Source: an uncultured Armatimonadetes bacterium
GTDB taxonomy: Bacteria > Armatimonadota > Hebobacteria > Hebobacterales > Hebobacteraceae
Reading direction: 5' to 3'
Assembly (NCBI GenBank): GCA_963716175.1
Contig: OY970296.1
Location: 3,584,001 to 3,648,000, forward strand
DNA: 64,000 nucleotides
The notes beneath the pieces are model-generated. The model was not told the DNA's origin. It did not search any database and saw nothing but the letters and a program-made list of their open reading frames with translations. The position numbers and the translations under genes are program-made. Every line of letters begins with the position of its first letter. The first letter of the stretch is position 1. Positions 9,808 to 20,273 of this stretch are shown here, in pieces.

Positions 9808-10588
9808 CTACCCCCGGGCGTTGGTGGCGTGGGCCACGTAGAAGACGCGGTCGCTCATTGCGGTTGGCGGAGTGACGCGGTAGGCGTCGTAGCTGCGGGT
9901 GTCGCTGAACGCGGCCTCGAACAGTAGAAGGCGCAGTTCGGCATCGGTGTACGCGCGCTGGCGGTGGGTCAGGCTAAACTGCTCCTTCGCGGGCAGGATC
10001 TCGAAGTGCATCCGGATGCTGCTGATCCGGCTCTTCGCATCATACTTGCTCAGCCAACGGTACTTCACGTCGGCCCCCTCCTGGCTGGCCTGCGTGAATA
10101 GCTCGGCCTCGAGTGCGCGCACAGTGTTGACATCGAAGATGAGCAGACCGCCGGGCTTCAGCGCGGCGTGGCAGTTAGCAAACGCGCGTTTGAGGTTATC
10201 CGGATCCAGAATGTAGTTGAGGCTGTCATAGAGGCAGACCGCGTGATCGAAGTTGGCTGGAAGCTGGAAGTCACAGAGATCGCGGCAGATGAACTCCACC
10301 TCCAGCCCGCGCGCGGCCGCCTTCCGCCTCGCCTCCACCAACATGGGCTGCGAGCGGTCCACCCCGGTGACCACGCAAGCGCGCGCCGCGAACTCCAGCG
10401 CCACCGATCCAGTCCCGGTGGCGAGGTCCAGCAGATGCGTCCCCGGCCGAATCAGCCGGCCCGAGAGGGCGGCCAGCTCGGAGACGTAATCCGCCCACCG
10501 GGGGTAGGGGACTGAGGACATCGAGCGCGTCGTAGTAGGGGGCAAGGCGGGCGAACGGATCTGGCTCCCGCCGGCCTTCCTGCTTCAT
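9808..10588 (-). CDS. class I SAM-dependent methyltransferase (frameshift near 10522)
   Basis: FARLAPYYDAL joins MSSVPYPRWADY; LLDLATGTG; CLYDSLNY; LKPGGLLIFDVNT. Confidence 0.85.
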
Positions 10589-10603
10589 CCCGCCGCCCCT
10601 CCC

Positions 10604-11638
10604 CTACTCCGGCAGTACCAGTTGCCGACCCACTGCTGCCGCCACTCGCGCCGCGGCCCGCATCAGCTCGGCGAATTTGTCCGGGCGCAGGGACTGGGGC
10701 CCATCTGACAGCGCGGCCGACGGATCTGGGTGAACCTCCACCATGATGCCGTCCGCGCCGGCGGCGATCGCGCCCAGGGCGATGGCGGTGACATAGCGCC
10801 AGTCTCCAGCGGCGTGGCTGGGGTCAGCGATCACTGGCAGGTGGGTGAACCGCTTGATCACGGGAACTGCGTTCACGTCCATGGTGTAGCGGGTGGCGTC
10901 CTCGAAAGTGGTGATCCCCCGCTCGCACAGCACCACATTCGGGTTGCCCTCCAGCATGATGTACTCGGAGGCCATCAGCAGGTCGCGGATGCGGCAGCCG
11001 GGGTTGCGCTTCAGCACCACCGGCTTGCCTGTCCTCCCGACCTCCTGCAGCAGTCGGAAGTTCTGCATGTTGCGCGCGCCCACCTGGATCGCGTCAGCAT
11101 ATTCCGCGATCATCGGCAGATCGCCGGGATGGAGCACCTCAGTCACGATCGGCAGCCCGGTGAGCCGGCGCACTTCAGCCAGAATCTCCAGCCCCTCCAC
11201 CCCCAGTCCCTGGAAGCTATAGGGCGAAGTGCGCGGTTTGAAGGCCCCGCCTCGCAGCAGGTTCGCCCCCGCCCCCTTGACGGCCCACGCCGTCTCCAGC
11301 ATCTGCTGCCGGGTCTCGACGCTGCAGGGCCCCGCGATCACGGCCAGCCGCGTCGCCCCGATGGTGACAGGCCCCACCTGCACCAGGGAAGGCTCGGGGT
11401 GAGTGCGGCGCGAGGCGAGCTTGTAAGGCTCGGAAATGAGGGTGACGCGCTCGACTCCGGGGAGGGCGGAGAAGTGATCCACCAGCTCGGCCTTCTCGGC
11501 ATCCATCGCCCCCAGCAAAGCGATCACCTTCCGCTCCACTCCGGGGTTGATGAATGGGCGGAAGCCGGCCTTCTCCACCGCCCGCAGGACGGCCTCGACC
11601 TCCGCCTCCGACGCCCCCGCCTGCATGATGATCACCAT
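10604..11638 (-). CDS. aroF: DAHP synthase type I-beta with N-terminal regulatory domain
   Basis: IAGPCSVE, LRGGAFKPRTSPYSFQG, GARNMQNF, CERGI, DPSH. Confidence 0.95.
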   Translation of the reverse strand: MVIIMQAGASEAEVEAVLRAVEKAGFRPFINPGVERKVIALLGAMDAEKAELVDHFSALPGVERVTLISEPYKLASRRTHPEPSLVQVGPVTIGATRLAVIAGPCSVETRQQMLETAWAVKGAGANLLRGGAFKPRTSPYSFQGLGVEGLEILAEVRRLTGLPIVTEVLHPGDLPMIAEYADAIQVGARNMQNFRLLQEVGRTGKPVVLKRNPGCRIRDLLMASEYIMLEGNPNVVLCERGITTFEDATRYTMDVNAVPVIKRFTHLPVIADPSHAAGDWRYVTAIALGAIAAGADGIMVEVHPDPSAALSDGPQSLRPDKFAELMRAAARVAAAVGRQLVLPE

Positions 11639-11653
11639 CGGTCAAGGCCTCGG

Positions 11654-12097
11654 CTAGAACGCGTCGCCACCGGCATGGCTGGCGCGGGCCAGCACTTCCT
11701 CGGTGGCATAGATAGGCGCTTCCGCGCGCAGAGCCAGGGCCACCGCATCCCCGGGACGCGCCGGGAGCGAAATCTCATCTCGCCCTGCCAGCAAGTGCAG
11801 GCTGGCGTAGAAGGTGTCCGCGCTGAGATCGTCAATCACCACTCGCTGGAGCGCGGTCGAGAGCCTCTCGATCAGACGCAGGGCGAGGTCGTGGGTGAGG
11901 GGCCGGGCCACGATATGCTGCTGGAGAGCCACGTGAATCGCTAGCCCTTCACAGGAGCCGACGGGAACCCGCAGCTCGCGGGCGTCCCCATCCCTCAGAA
12001 TGAGCAAGGGGACTCGTTCCTCACCCTCGGGAGGATCCGGCTCCTGCTCGAACACACCAACGACTTCGACCTTGACCTCATCCTCACGGGTGGCCAC
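11654..12097 (-). CDS. bifunctional nuclease family (DUF151)
   Basis: RPLTHDL, TFYASL, ARPGDAVALALR. Confidence 0.88.
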   Translation of the reverse strand: MATREDEVKVEVVGVFEQEPDPPEGEERVPLLILRDGDARELRVPVGSCEGLAIHVALQQHIVARPLTHDLALRLIERLSTALQRVVIDDLSADTFYASLHLLAGRDEISLPARPGDAVALALRAEAPIYATEEVLARASHAGGDAF

Positions 12098-12127
12098 ACC
12101 AGCCCTCCTGAGGCCTCCCCCGCGGCT

Positions 12128-13393
12128 TCACTTCGACTCCTTGTTCAGCTCCCGCTGCACCCACTTGAGGAACTCGGCATTAGATGAGGTCTTGCGCAGG
12201 CCGGTCAGCAGCAGCTCCGTCGCCTGGGTAGTGTCGAGCGCGTTCAGCACCCGGCGCAGTTGGTAGACCCGCTGCAGCTCTTCTTCCGAGAACAGCAGTT
12301 CCTGGTGGCGAGTGCCGGAGCGCTGAATGTCAATCGCGGGGAAGATGCCGCGGTCCGCCATGGAGCGATCGAGCACCACCTCCCAGTTGCCAGTGGCCTT
12401 GAACTCCTCGAAGATCATGTCGTCCATGCGGCTTCCGGTCTCGACCAGAGCAGTGGCGATCACCGTCAGGCTGCCGCCTTCCTCAATGTTGCGGGCGGAA
12501 GCGAAGAAGCGCTTGGGGCGATAGAGGGCACTGGGGTCTAGGCCGCCGGATAGGGTACGGCCGCTGGGCGCCACCGTGAGGTTGGAGGCGCGGGCGAGAC
12601 GGGTGAGGGAATCCAACAGCACCACCACATCCTTGCCTGCCTCTACCAGCCGCTTGGCGTGCTCCAGCACGATCTCCTGAAGCTTGAGGTGATTCTCGGG
12701 CACCTCGTCGAAAGTGGAGGCGGCCACTTCCCCATCCACCGAGCGTCGGATATCAGTCACCTCTTCCGGCCGCTCGTCAATCAGCAGCACCATCAGGTGG
12801 GCTTCGGGGTGGTTGGTGGTGATGCTGTTCGCAAGCTGCTTCAGCATCGTGGTCTTGCCGGCCTTGGGCGGGGAAACGATCATTCCTCGTTGGCCCTTGC
12901 CCACCGGCGCCACGATGTCTATGAAGCGGCCGGTGACGGCGGTGGGCGATGTCTCCATGCGCAGCCGCTCCGAGGGATAGACGGGGATCAGCTCGTCGAA
13001 GCTCTTGCGCTGGCGCGCTGCCTCCGGCGGCAAGCCGTTCACCGCCTCCACTTTGAGCAGGCTGTAGTAGCGCTCCCCGCTCTTGGGCAGTCGCACTGCC
13101 CCCACCACCGTGTCCCCGGTCTTGAGGCCCAGGCGCTTGATCTGGGATTGGGACACGTAGACGTCTTCCTGGCTGGGCAGGTAGTTGCGCACCCGGAGAA
13201 ACCCGTACCCCTCTGGCAAAATCTCCAGCACTCCCTGGGTCCAGATCAGGCCGTTCCGCTCTGCCTGGCGCCGCATGATCTCGACCATTAGCTCTCGCTT
13301 GCGCAGCTTCTCGTACTCAGAGACCGAGAGCTCCTTGGCGATCCCTTGCAGGTCGTCCAGGCTCTTCTCTTCCAGTTCCTGTAGTTCCAGCAC
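12128..13393 (-). CDS. rho: transcription termination factor Rho
   Basis: [40 protein letters not shown]. Confidence 0.98.
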   Translation of the reverse strand: MLELQELEEKSLDDLQGIAKELSVSEYEKLRKRELMVEIMRRQAERNGLIWTQGVLEILPEGYGFLRVRNYLPSQEDVYVSQSQIKRLGLKTGDTVVGAVRLPKSGERYYSLLKVEAVNGLPPEAARQRKSFDELIPVYPSERLRMETSPTAVTGRFIDIVAPVGKGQRGMIVSPPKAGKTTMLKQLANSITTNHPEAHLMVLLIDERPEEVTDIRRSVDGEVAASTFDEVPENHLKLQEIVLEHAKRLVEAGKDVVVLLDSLTRLARASNLTVAPSGRTLSGGLDPSALYRPKRFFASARNIEEGGSLTVIATALVETGSRMDDMIFEEFKATGNWEVVLDRSMADRGIFPAIDIQRSGTRHQELLFSEEELQRVYQLRRVLNALDTTQATELLLTGLRKTSSNAEFLKWVQRELNKESK

Positions 13394-13638
13394 CTCTCCC
13401 GCCCTCTCTACGCCGCGCTGGTAAGCAGTGTCAACGACGAAGGCCGCGCGGCCTGCTATGACGATGCCGGCAAGACTCCCCCGGCCGGTTCGAGCACATC
13501 AGTGGGGATTGTTGCTTGCTTCGGAAATGTCGGGATAAAGGACCCCGCGCGCACGACCAGGATTTCTGCTCCGGGCCTAAGTCCAGACCGAGCGACGCAC
13601 GCACATGCTAGGGAATTCAGTCCGGTTACACCACCGCA

Positions 13639-13647
13639 ATTATACCA
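13639..13647 (-). promoter_or_regulatory. extended -10 promoter of rho (about 240-nt leader)
   Basis: minus strand TGG-TATAAT; weak -35. Confidence 0.65.
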
Positions 13648-13743
13648 CAAACCTCCCGCTAGGTACACCGACACTGTCACAATTTCGCCATATCCGGGGC
13701 CTGGCGAAAAGGCTGTCCGCACCGGAAGGCGGAGGCCGTGCGG

Positions 13744-14334
13744 CTATTCTATCTCATCCGGCGGGGTGCCCCGGCCGGCGTAGATGTCGGCCTTGAGGAT
13801 GCCGATGAAGGGGAGATTGCGGTAGCGCTGGGCGAAATCCAGCCCATAGCCAACCACGAAGGCGTCCGGTATCTGGAAACCGAGATAGTCTGCCTTCGCC
13901 TCAATCTTGCGCCTGCTCGGCTTGTCCAGCAGCGCGGCCACTCGCACGCTGGCCGGCCTCCGGGCGCGAATGGTGTCGAGCAGGTAATGCAGAGTCAGCC
14001 CGGTGTCAATGATGTCCTCCACCACCAGCACGTGCTTGCTCTCGACATTGGTCTCCAGGTCCTTCATGATGCGGAAGATGCCACTGGAAGAGGTGTCTTT
14101 GCCATAGCTGGACCAGGAGACGAAATCCACGGTGCAGGGCAGGTCCAGGTGGCGCATCAGGTCGGCCAGGAAGACGAAGGCCCCGTTGAGCACGCCCACC
14201 AGCACCGGGTCCTTATCCCGGTAGTCGCGCCCAATCCTCTCGGCCAGCTCCTTCACCTTCGCCTGGATCTGCTCTCCGCGGATAAGGATTTCCTTGATGT
14301 CGGACATCATGCCGAGCACCTCATTCCCATTCAA
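13744..14334 (-). CDS. hpt: hypoxanthine phosphoribosyltransferase
   Basis: [22 protein letters not shown]...YRNLP. Confidence 0.96.
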   Translation of the reverse strand: MNGNEVLGMMSDIKEILIRGEQIQAKVKELAERIGRDYRDKDPVLVGVLNGAFVFLADLMRHLDLPCTVDFVSWSSYGKDTSSSGIFRIMKDLETNVESKHVLVVEDIIDTGLTLHYLLDTIRARRPASVRVAALLDKPSRRKIEAKADYLGFQIPDAFVVGYGLDFAQRYRNLPFIGILKADIYAGRGTPPDEIE

Positions 14335-15871
14335 TCGTTGCCGGTGGCTTGGAGCTGACGTCGTAGACCACCCGATTCACCCCAGGCACCTCGTTGCTGA
14401 TGCGAGTGCTGATGCGGGAGAGCACGTCGTACGGCAGGTCAGCGAAATCCGCGGTCATGGCGTCCTCGCTGACTACGGCTCGCAGAATCACGGTGCTGCC
14501 GTAAGTCCGCTGATCCCCCATGACCCCCACGCTCTTCAGCGGCGCTAGCACCCCGAAACACTGAAAGAGCCGCCGGTAGAGGCCTGCGGCCCTGATCTCC
14601 TCGATGATGATCGCGTCCGCCTCCCTCAGGGTATGGAGGCCCTCCGGCGTCACCTCGCCCAGAATGCGGATCGCCAGGCCCGGGCCGGGGAAGGGATGCC
14701 GCCACACGATCTCGCCTGGAAGCCCCAGCTCCTCCCCTACCGCGCGCACCTCGTCTTTGAACAGGTACCGCACTGGCTCCACCAAAAGCAGCTTGAGCGT
14801 CTCCGGCAGGCCCCCGACGTTGTGGTGGGTCTTGATCCGCGCCGCCTGCCGGGTGCCGCTCTCGATGACATCGGGGTAGAGCGTCCCTTGAGCCAGGAAC
14901 CGCACGTCGCCCAGGCTGCGCGCCCCCTCCTCCAGCACCGCGGCATACTCCTGGCCGATGATGCGCCGCTTGTGCTCGGGGTCAACTACGCCCTGGAGTC
15001 GCTTGAGGAAACGCTCCTGCACCTGGGCGTGAATCAAGTTGAGGCGGAAGTGCTCGCTGAAGGTCTGCACCACCTGCTCGCTCTCGCCCTTACGCAGGAA
15101 GCCGTGGTCCATGAAGATGCACGTCAACTGCTCGCCCACCGCCCGGTGAACCAGGGCCGCGGTGACCGCGGAATCCACCCCTCCGCTCAAGGCACACACC
15201 ACCTTGCCATCACTCACCTGCTCTCGCACCGCTCGCACGGACTCGGCCACCACCGAGGCCGTGGTCCACAGCTCGCGGCAGCCGCATTGCTGGTAGAGGA
15301 AGCTGCGGAAGACTTCGATGCCCCACGGAGTGTGCACCACCTCCGGGTGGAATTGCACTCCGAAGAGACGGCGGCGGCGATCGGACATGGCGGCGCACAC
15401 GCTGGCCGTCCGCGCGGTGGCCACGAAGCCGGCCGGCACTTTCTCCACCCGATCCCCGTGGCTCATCCAGGCGATCAAGCGGGGGTTGAGGCCCTGGAAG
15501 ATGTCACCGTCGTCCACTACCGCCAGCTCAGTCCGACCGTACTCCCGATGCTGGCCTCCTTTCACCTCTCCGCCCAGCACCTTGGCCATCAGCTGCATCC
15601 CGTAGCAGATACCGAGCACGGGGATGCCGGCCTCGAATAACGCCGGGTCGCACAGCGGCGCGCCCTCATCGTAGACGCTGCTGGGGCCGCCCGAGAACAC
15701 GAGGCCTTTGGGGTGCCGCGCCAGGATCTCCGACGTGGGCGTGTCGTGGGGCAGGATTTCGCAGTAGACGTGACACTCCCGGATGCGGCGCGCGATGAGC
15801 TGGTTGTACTGGGCACCGAAATCCAGTACGATCACCAGCTCTTCCGGTTTGCCCGCAGCCGATGCTGGCAT
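14321..15871 (-). CDS. guaA: GMP synthase (glutamine-hydrolysing)
   Basis: [44 protein letters not shown]. Confidence 0.98.
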   Translation of the reverse strand: MPASAAGKPEELVIVLDFGAQYNQLIARRIRECHVYCEILPHDTPTSEILARHPKGLVFSGGPSSVYDEGAPLCDPALFEAGIPVLGICYGMQLMAKVLGGEVKGGQHREYGRTELAVVDDGDIFQGLNPRLIAWMSHGDRVEKVPAGFVATARTASVCAAMSDRRRRLFGVQFHPEVVHTPWGIEVFRSFLYQQCGCRELWTTASVVAESVRAVREQVSDGKVVCALSGGVDSAVTAALVHRAVGEQLTCIFMDHGFLRKGESEQVVQTFSEHFRLNLIHAQVQERFLKRLQGVVDPEHKRRIIGQEYAAVLEEGARSLGDVRFLAQGTLYPDVIESGTRQAARIKTHHNVGGLPETLKLLLVEPVRYLFKDEVRAVGEELGLPGEIVWRHPFPGPGLAIRILGEVTPEGLHTLREADAIIIEEIRAAGLYRRLFQCFGVLAPLKSVGVMGDQRTYGSTVILRAVVSEDAMTADFADLPYDVLSRISTRISNEVPGVNRVVYDVSSKPPATIEWE

Positions 15872-17032
15872 CTACTTGGTTCCGCCCACTCCCTGCGCTC
15901 GCTGCTGCGCCTTGCCCTCGAACGGCAGTGCGGGCGCCACCACGATCTCCGTTTTCTGCATTTCCCTTAGCGTCCCCGCGCCGCAGGTCGCCATGGATAG
16001 GCGGAGCGCGCCGAACAGGTTCATGGTGCCGTCATCCCGCTTCGCCGGCCCGAGCAGAATCTGCTTCATGGGCCCGGCCACTCCCACGTGAATCCGCGTG
16101 CCGCGCGGCAGTCCGATGTCAGAGGTGGCCATCCCCCAATGGTAGCCCTTGCCCGGCGCCTCCTCGGCCGCCGCCAGCGGGGATCCGATCATGAGCGCGT
16201 CTGCTCCAGCAGCGACCGCCTTGGCGATGTCGCCGCCCACTCGCATCCCACCATCCAGGATAACGGGCACCCGCCGGCCGCTCTCTCGCTCGTAATCATC
16301 CCGGGCCGCGGCGCAGTCCACGGCCGCGGTGACCTGGGGCACGCCAATGCCCAGCACCCTGCGGGTGGTGCAGGCCGCGCCCGGCCCCACCCCCACCAAC
16401 ACCGCGTCGGCCCCCGCGCGCATCAGCTCCAGCGCGGCCTGATAGCTGACGCAGTTGCCAACAAACACAGGCGCCTCTACCAGATCGCGGAGGCGTTTGA
16501 AGTCCGGGTTCGCGTAGCGAGACGAGATAATCCGGGCGGTGGTGACAGTGGACTGGACTACCAGTACGTCAATCTTGCCGGGTCCGATGGTCTTGGCCGC
16601 GTGTTCGGCGAAAGCGGGGGTGGGCGACACCGCCACTTTGGCCCCCAGCTCGCGCATCTCGGCGACTCGCCGCCGCATCAGGTCGTCCTTCGTGGGCTCC
16701 TGGTAGGCCTCCTGGATCACCGCTACGGCTTCCTCCGGCTGGGCTGAGACGATGCGATCGTAGACCGGGCCGGGATCCCCGTACCGACATTGCAGGCCCT
16801 GCAAGTGGAGCACTGCGAGCCCGCCCAGAGTGCTGAGAGCCACGGCCGAGCGAGGGTCCACCACCGAGTCCATGCTCGAGGCCAGCACCGGCAGGCTCAG
16901 CCGGATGCCGGCCAGGTCACAGCTCAGGTCCACATCTTCGGGGTCTAGCGTCGTCGCACCGGGAACCAGCGCGACGTCATCGAACCCGTAGGTCTGCCGG
17001 CTCTTCCGTCCCCGACCGATCTCGATCTCCAC
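15872..17032 (-). CDS. guaB: IMP dehydrogenase, GuaB3 family (no CBS domains)
   Basis: [23 protein letters not shown] (catalytic Cys), HWGMAT. Confidence 0.88.
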   Translation of the reverse strand: MEIEIGRGRKSRQTYGFDDVALVPGATTLDPEDVDLSCDLAGIRLSLPVLASSMDSVVDPRSAVALSTLGGLAVLHLQGLQCRYGDPGPVYDRIVSAQPEEAVAVIQEAYQEPTKDDLMRRRVAEMRELGAKVAVSPTPAFAEHAAKTIGPGKIDVLVVQSTVTTARIISSRYANPDFKRLRDLVEAPVFVGNCVSYQAALELMRAGADAVLVGVGPGAACTTRRVLGIGVPQVTAAVDCAAARDDYERESGRRVPVILDGGMRVGGDIAKAVAAGADALMIGSPLAAAEEAPGKGYHWGMATSDIGLPRGTRIHVGVAGPMKQILLGPAKRDDGTMNLFGALRLSMATCGAGTLREMQKTEIVVAPALPFEGKAQQRAQGVGGTK

Positions 17033-17170
17033 GCGCTAGCATCCTCCATTTCCGCGCGGCCCGTCGCAGGCCGCCCAGATGAGCGCGCACCCCTTCAAGG
17101 CCTGGGGTAAGGGTCACGACTGCATCGGGCCTGCTCGCCGGCCCGCGCGTCTGCCGCTCTCTGGTAAGGA

Positions 17171-17192
17171 AAAACGGCCCTCCCCGGGCCGC
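17171..17192 (-). terminator. intrinsic terminator-like hairpin inside the guaB leader
   Basis: minus strand GCGGCCC-GGGGA-GGGCCGT then TTTT, about 35 nt after the predicted start site. Confidence 0.5.
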
Positions 17193-17214
17193 TGGGTCCA
17201 AGAGTGATGGCGGT

Positions 17215-17243
17215 ATTCTAGCAGTCTAGAGGGCCGTTGTCAA
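17215..17243 (-). promoter_or_regulatory. sigma70 promoter of guaB-guaA-hpt
   Basis: minus strand TTGACA-17-TAGAAT with TG extension. Confidence 0.82.
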
Positions 17244-17277
17244 ACCAGCCAGGCACGCGGACCGCGGAAGTCTGGCG

Positions 17278-19416
17278 TCAGCGCCGCGGCCGCAGAATCT
17301 GCCGGGCGCCGCGACGAAGCAGACCAGGACGCCTGGCTGGCGTCTCCGCCGGCACCTTCACCTGAGCAGACGACACTTCCGCGGCGGGAGGTGGCGCCTG
17401 CGCTTTCCCCACCGGCTCGGGCTCGCGCGCCGCTGCCTCACCGGCCGCCGGCGACTCGCCCGCTGGTTGCCGACGGGTGCGGCGACCCCCGCGACGGCGG
17501 CTACCAGGTTTCTTGCGGGTGGGCGCCGCTTCTGGTGCGCCCACCGCGGTTGCGACGCTCTCGCGCAGCGGAGGAGCGGCGGCCGCAGGCGCAGGCTCTC
17601 TTCCGGTTCGGCCCGCGCCGGTGTGAGGAGCAAGCTCCGCCGGGGCCGCTTGCTGAGCGGGCCGCTTTCCTCGCGAACGCCGGCGGGAGCTGCGGCGAGG
17701 AGGACCCTCCTTGGCCGGCGCTGCTGCTGCTTCCGTACCTTTCACCCGCCCGCGCCCGAAGGAGTGGCCGGCCTCGGCCAGCACCACAGTGGGGGCCTCG
17801 CCGGCCGCGACTGCGCCCTGCATCTCAACTCGATAGCCGTCACACCAGCCGTAGGCCTCTTCTCCGGCCGCCGGTTCCCGGGGATCCATACGATCCACCA
17901 CCACCTCGTCGCTCTTGTGATAGAGCTTCAGCTCGTGCGCGACGCGGGCCAGGGTAGTGGTCGTGATGTCATGCTCCTCGGCTGGCAGGCGCTCGTCAGC
18001 TCTGATGTAAACCGGCCTGGCGGTCATGTTCTCCAGGGCGTCGGCGCGCTCCCCGTTATCCCCGATCAGCAGGGCAGCCACCCGGGGCGACGCGCGCACG
18101 ATGATCGCCTGAGCTCTGTCCTCGGCCGCCAGACGGCGCACGTCGCGCTCGATCTTGAGCCCCACGGTGAGGCTGTCACGGACTCGCCCCAGCCCCCCGC
18201 ATTGGGGGCAGGTATCGGTGAGAATGCCCATCAGGCTTTCGCCTCGCCGCTTTCTGGTCATCTCCAGCAGCCCCAGCGGGCTGAGGTGGACGATCTTCGT
18301 CTTCTGGCGGTCCCGCCTCAGGGTCTCCTCAAACTCCTTCATCACCCGCTGGCGGTCGCGCTGCCGTTCCATGTCTATGAAGTCAATGACGATGATCCCG
18401 CCCAGATCCCGCAGCCTGAGCTGGCGGCCGATCTCCTCCGCGGCCTCCAGGTTCGTGCGCAAGATGGTATCAGCCAAGCCGCTGCCACCGGTGTAACGAC
18501 CGGTGTTGACATCAATGGCCGTGAAGGCCTCGGCCTGGTCAATGCTGATGTAGCCCCCGGCCTTGAGCCAGACCCGGCGGCGAAGCAGCCGGTCAATCTC
18601 GGCCTCGATGCCATACTTGTGGAAGAGGGGAAGTTTCCCCCGGTAGCGTTTGACCCGCCGGCGCAAGTGAGGGGCGATGGTCTGGACCAGTTCGACCGCG
18701 TTATCGTAGGCGCTCTTGGAGTCAATCACCAGGCTTTTCACGTCATCAGTGAAGACATCCCGGATCACCTGGTAGGTCAGGGTCAAGTCCTGGTGGAGCA
18801 GGGCGGGGGCCCTGGTCTGCTCCGCCTTGCTGGTGATTCGGCCCCGGAGATCCTGCAGCACTTCCAGATCGGCCTCCAGCTCGCGTCTGCCCCGGCCCTC
18901 GGCCTCGGTGCGGATGATCAGGCCCATGCCCTGGGGCCGGACCTTCTCCCCGATCTTGCGCAGCCGCTCTCTCTCCTTGCGCTCCTCGATCTTGCGCGAC
19001 ACCCCCACCTGGCGCCCGTTGGATAGCAGGAGCACGAGGTAGCGGCCCGGCAGGGCGAGACGCGTACTCGCCCGCGCTCCCTTGCCTCCGACCGGGGCGC
19101 GCACGATCTGCACCACCACCTCCTGGCTCTCCCTCACTCGCTCGGAGATGGAGAGGGAGCGAGGAGCGGCCTTGGCCGGAATGCCGTCGGCGCTGACGAA
19201 CCCCACATCATCGGCGGATAGGAATACGTTCTTCTCCAATCCGATGTCGGCAAAGGCCGCATCCATCCCTGGGAGCACGCTCACCACCCGGGCCTTGTAG
19301 ATGCTCCCCACCATCCGGAGCTCTCGCTCCACGTGCAGTTCGGCCAACTGGCCGTCTTCCAACACCGCTACTCGCGATTCCAGATCGTCTGCGTTGACGA
19401 TGATCTCTTTTCTCAT
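17278..19416 (-). CDS. Rne/Rng family ribonuclease with disordered Arg/Pro/Ala-rich tail
   Basis: GMDAAFADIG (S1), AIDVNTG, LRLRDLGGIIVIDFIDM, CPQCGG zinc link. Confidence 0.95.
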   Translation of the reverse strand: MRKEIIVNADDLESRVAVLEDGQLAELHVERELRMVGSIYKARVVSVLPGMDAAFADIGLEKNVFLSADDVGFVSADGIPAKAAPRSLSISERVRESQEVVVQIVRAPVGGKGARASTRLALPGRYLVLLLSNGRQVGVSRKIEERKERERLRKIGEKVRPQGMGLIIRTEAEGRGRRELEADLEVLQDLRGRITSKAEQTRAPALLHQDLTLTYQVIRDVFTDDVKSLVIDSKSAYDNAVELVQTIAPHLRRRVKRYRGKLPLFHKYGIEAEIDRLLRRRVWLKAGGYISIDQAEAFTAIDVNTGRYTGGSGLADTILRTNLEAAEEIGRQLRLRDLGGIIVIDFIDMERQRDRQRVMKEFEETLRRDRQKTKIVHLSPLGLLEMTRKRRGESLMGILTDTCPQCGGLGRVRDSLTVGLKIERDVRRLAAEDRAQAIIVRASPRVAALLIGDNGERADALENMTARPVYIRADERLPAEEHDITTTTLARVAHELKLYHKSDEVVVDRMDPREPAAGEEAYGWCDGYRVEMQGAVAAGEAPTVVLAEAGHSFGRGRVKGTEAAAAPAKEGPPRRSSRRRSRGKRPAQQAAPAELAPHTGAGRTGREPAPAAAAPPLRESVATAVGAPEAAPTRKKPGSRRRGGRRTRRQPAGESPAAGEAAAREPEPVGKAQAPPPAAEVSSAQVKVPAETPARRPGLLRRGARQILRPRR

Positions 19417-19546
19417 GCTGCGCCTCTCGCCGCACCCTTCGCGCGGGCTTCCTTGCAGTCCCCGCGGCAGCGGTGCAGAACGCCTATTCTGTGCTCCCCA
19501 CGGCCCGTGACTGGCATCTCTCGTGGTTCGTCACCATGCGTGCTCA

Positions 19547-20272
19547 TCACCTTCTTTGTCCCCTGCGCCCTGTCTGGCCCCACCGCGGCCTCGCCCTGGC
19601 GCGCGGCTGGTCAGCCGCTTGACCGCTCGCATAGAGGCCAACCCTATGATAGCTAGTCTGGATATCGCCCGACTCCAGACCGAGCAACTGCACTATCTCC
19701 TGAGGCCGCGCGCCTCCGTGGCTGCCCGTGCGCAGCCGCATCCGCAGCTCGATCTCGTCGCCATCGCCTGCGGCCACGTCCAGGCTGAGGGTCAAGGGCC
19801 GCAGGTCCACGGAGCGCTCTGGCCGATCCCCCCCGCGCTGCACCACCAGTTCCCGGCTGGCCAACAGCTCGGCGATCCGCGATCTGACCTGCTCCGGCCC
19901 GGAGCCGCCACGGACGGTGACCCGATACTCGGCCAGCTCGATGTCACCGAAGGTCTCCTTTTTCCTATACCCTGGCAGAAGCCAGGCTTCCATCACCTGC
20001 AGCCCGCGCGGGAGCTGGCTGTTCAAGCGTTCCTTGACCACATCCGGAGAGAGCGCGGTATCGAGGTGGACGGCCAGCAGCTCGGCCTCCCCCGTCACGC
20101 CCACCGGAAGCGGTGGACCCAGGCTGAGCTTGGGATGGGGGTTGTGTCCTTGCGTGAGGGCGAGCGGGAGCTGGGCGCGGCGCATCGCGCGCTCCAGGGT
20201 GCGCTTGACATCGAGGTGGGATATCCACCTCGCCTCCTCCCCTTTTCGGTAGCGGCAGATGAGCTGGGCCAC
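19547..20272 (-). CDS. radical SAM-associated protein (TIGR03936/DUF2344)
   Basis: WISHLD...RAMRRA..P...TQGHNPHPKLSLGPPLPVG. Confidence 0.9.
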   Translation of the reverse strand: MAQLICRYRKGEEARWISHLDVKRTLERAMRRAQLPLALTQGHNPHPKLSLGPPLPVGVTGEAELLAVHLDTALSPDVVKERLNSQLPRGLQVMEAWLLPGYRKKETFGDIELAEYRVTVRGGSGPEQVRSRIAELLASRELVVQRGGDRPERSVDLRPLTLSLDVAAGDGDEIELRMRLRTGSHGGARPQEIVQLLGLESGDIQTSYHRVGLYASGQAADQPRARARPRWGQTGRRGQRR

Positions 20273-20273
20273 G

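Noticed and set aside
1500-11470. KOPS (GGGNAGGG) polarity switch supporting dif
   Set aside because: Several plus-strand copies lie left of the site, but there are counter-examples (1515, 8436, 11459); cannot be judged without genome-wide counts
17033-17210. 6S RNA or ZTP (pfl) riboswitch
   Set aside because: Only fragments resemble them (GTCGTGAC, CTGGGC); conserved cores not found by eye, so kept only as an unknown leader
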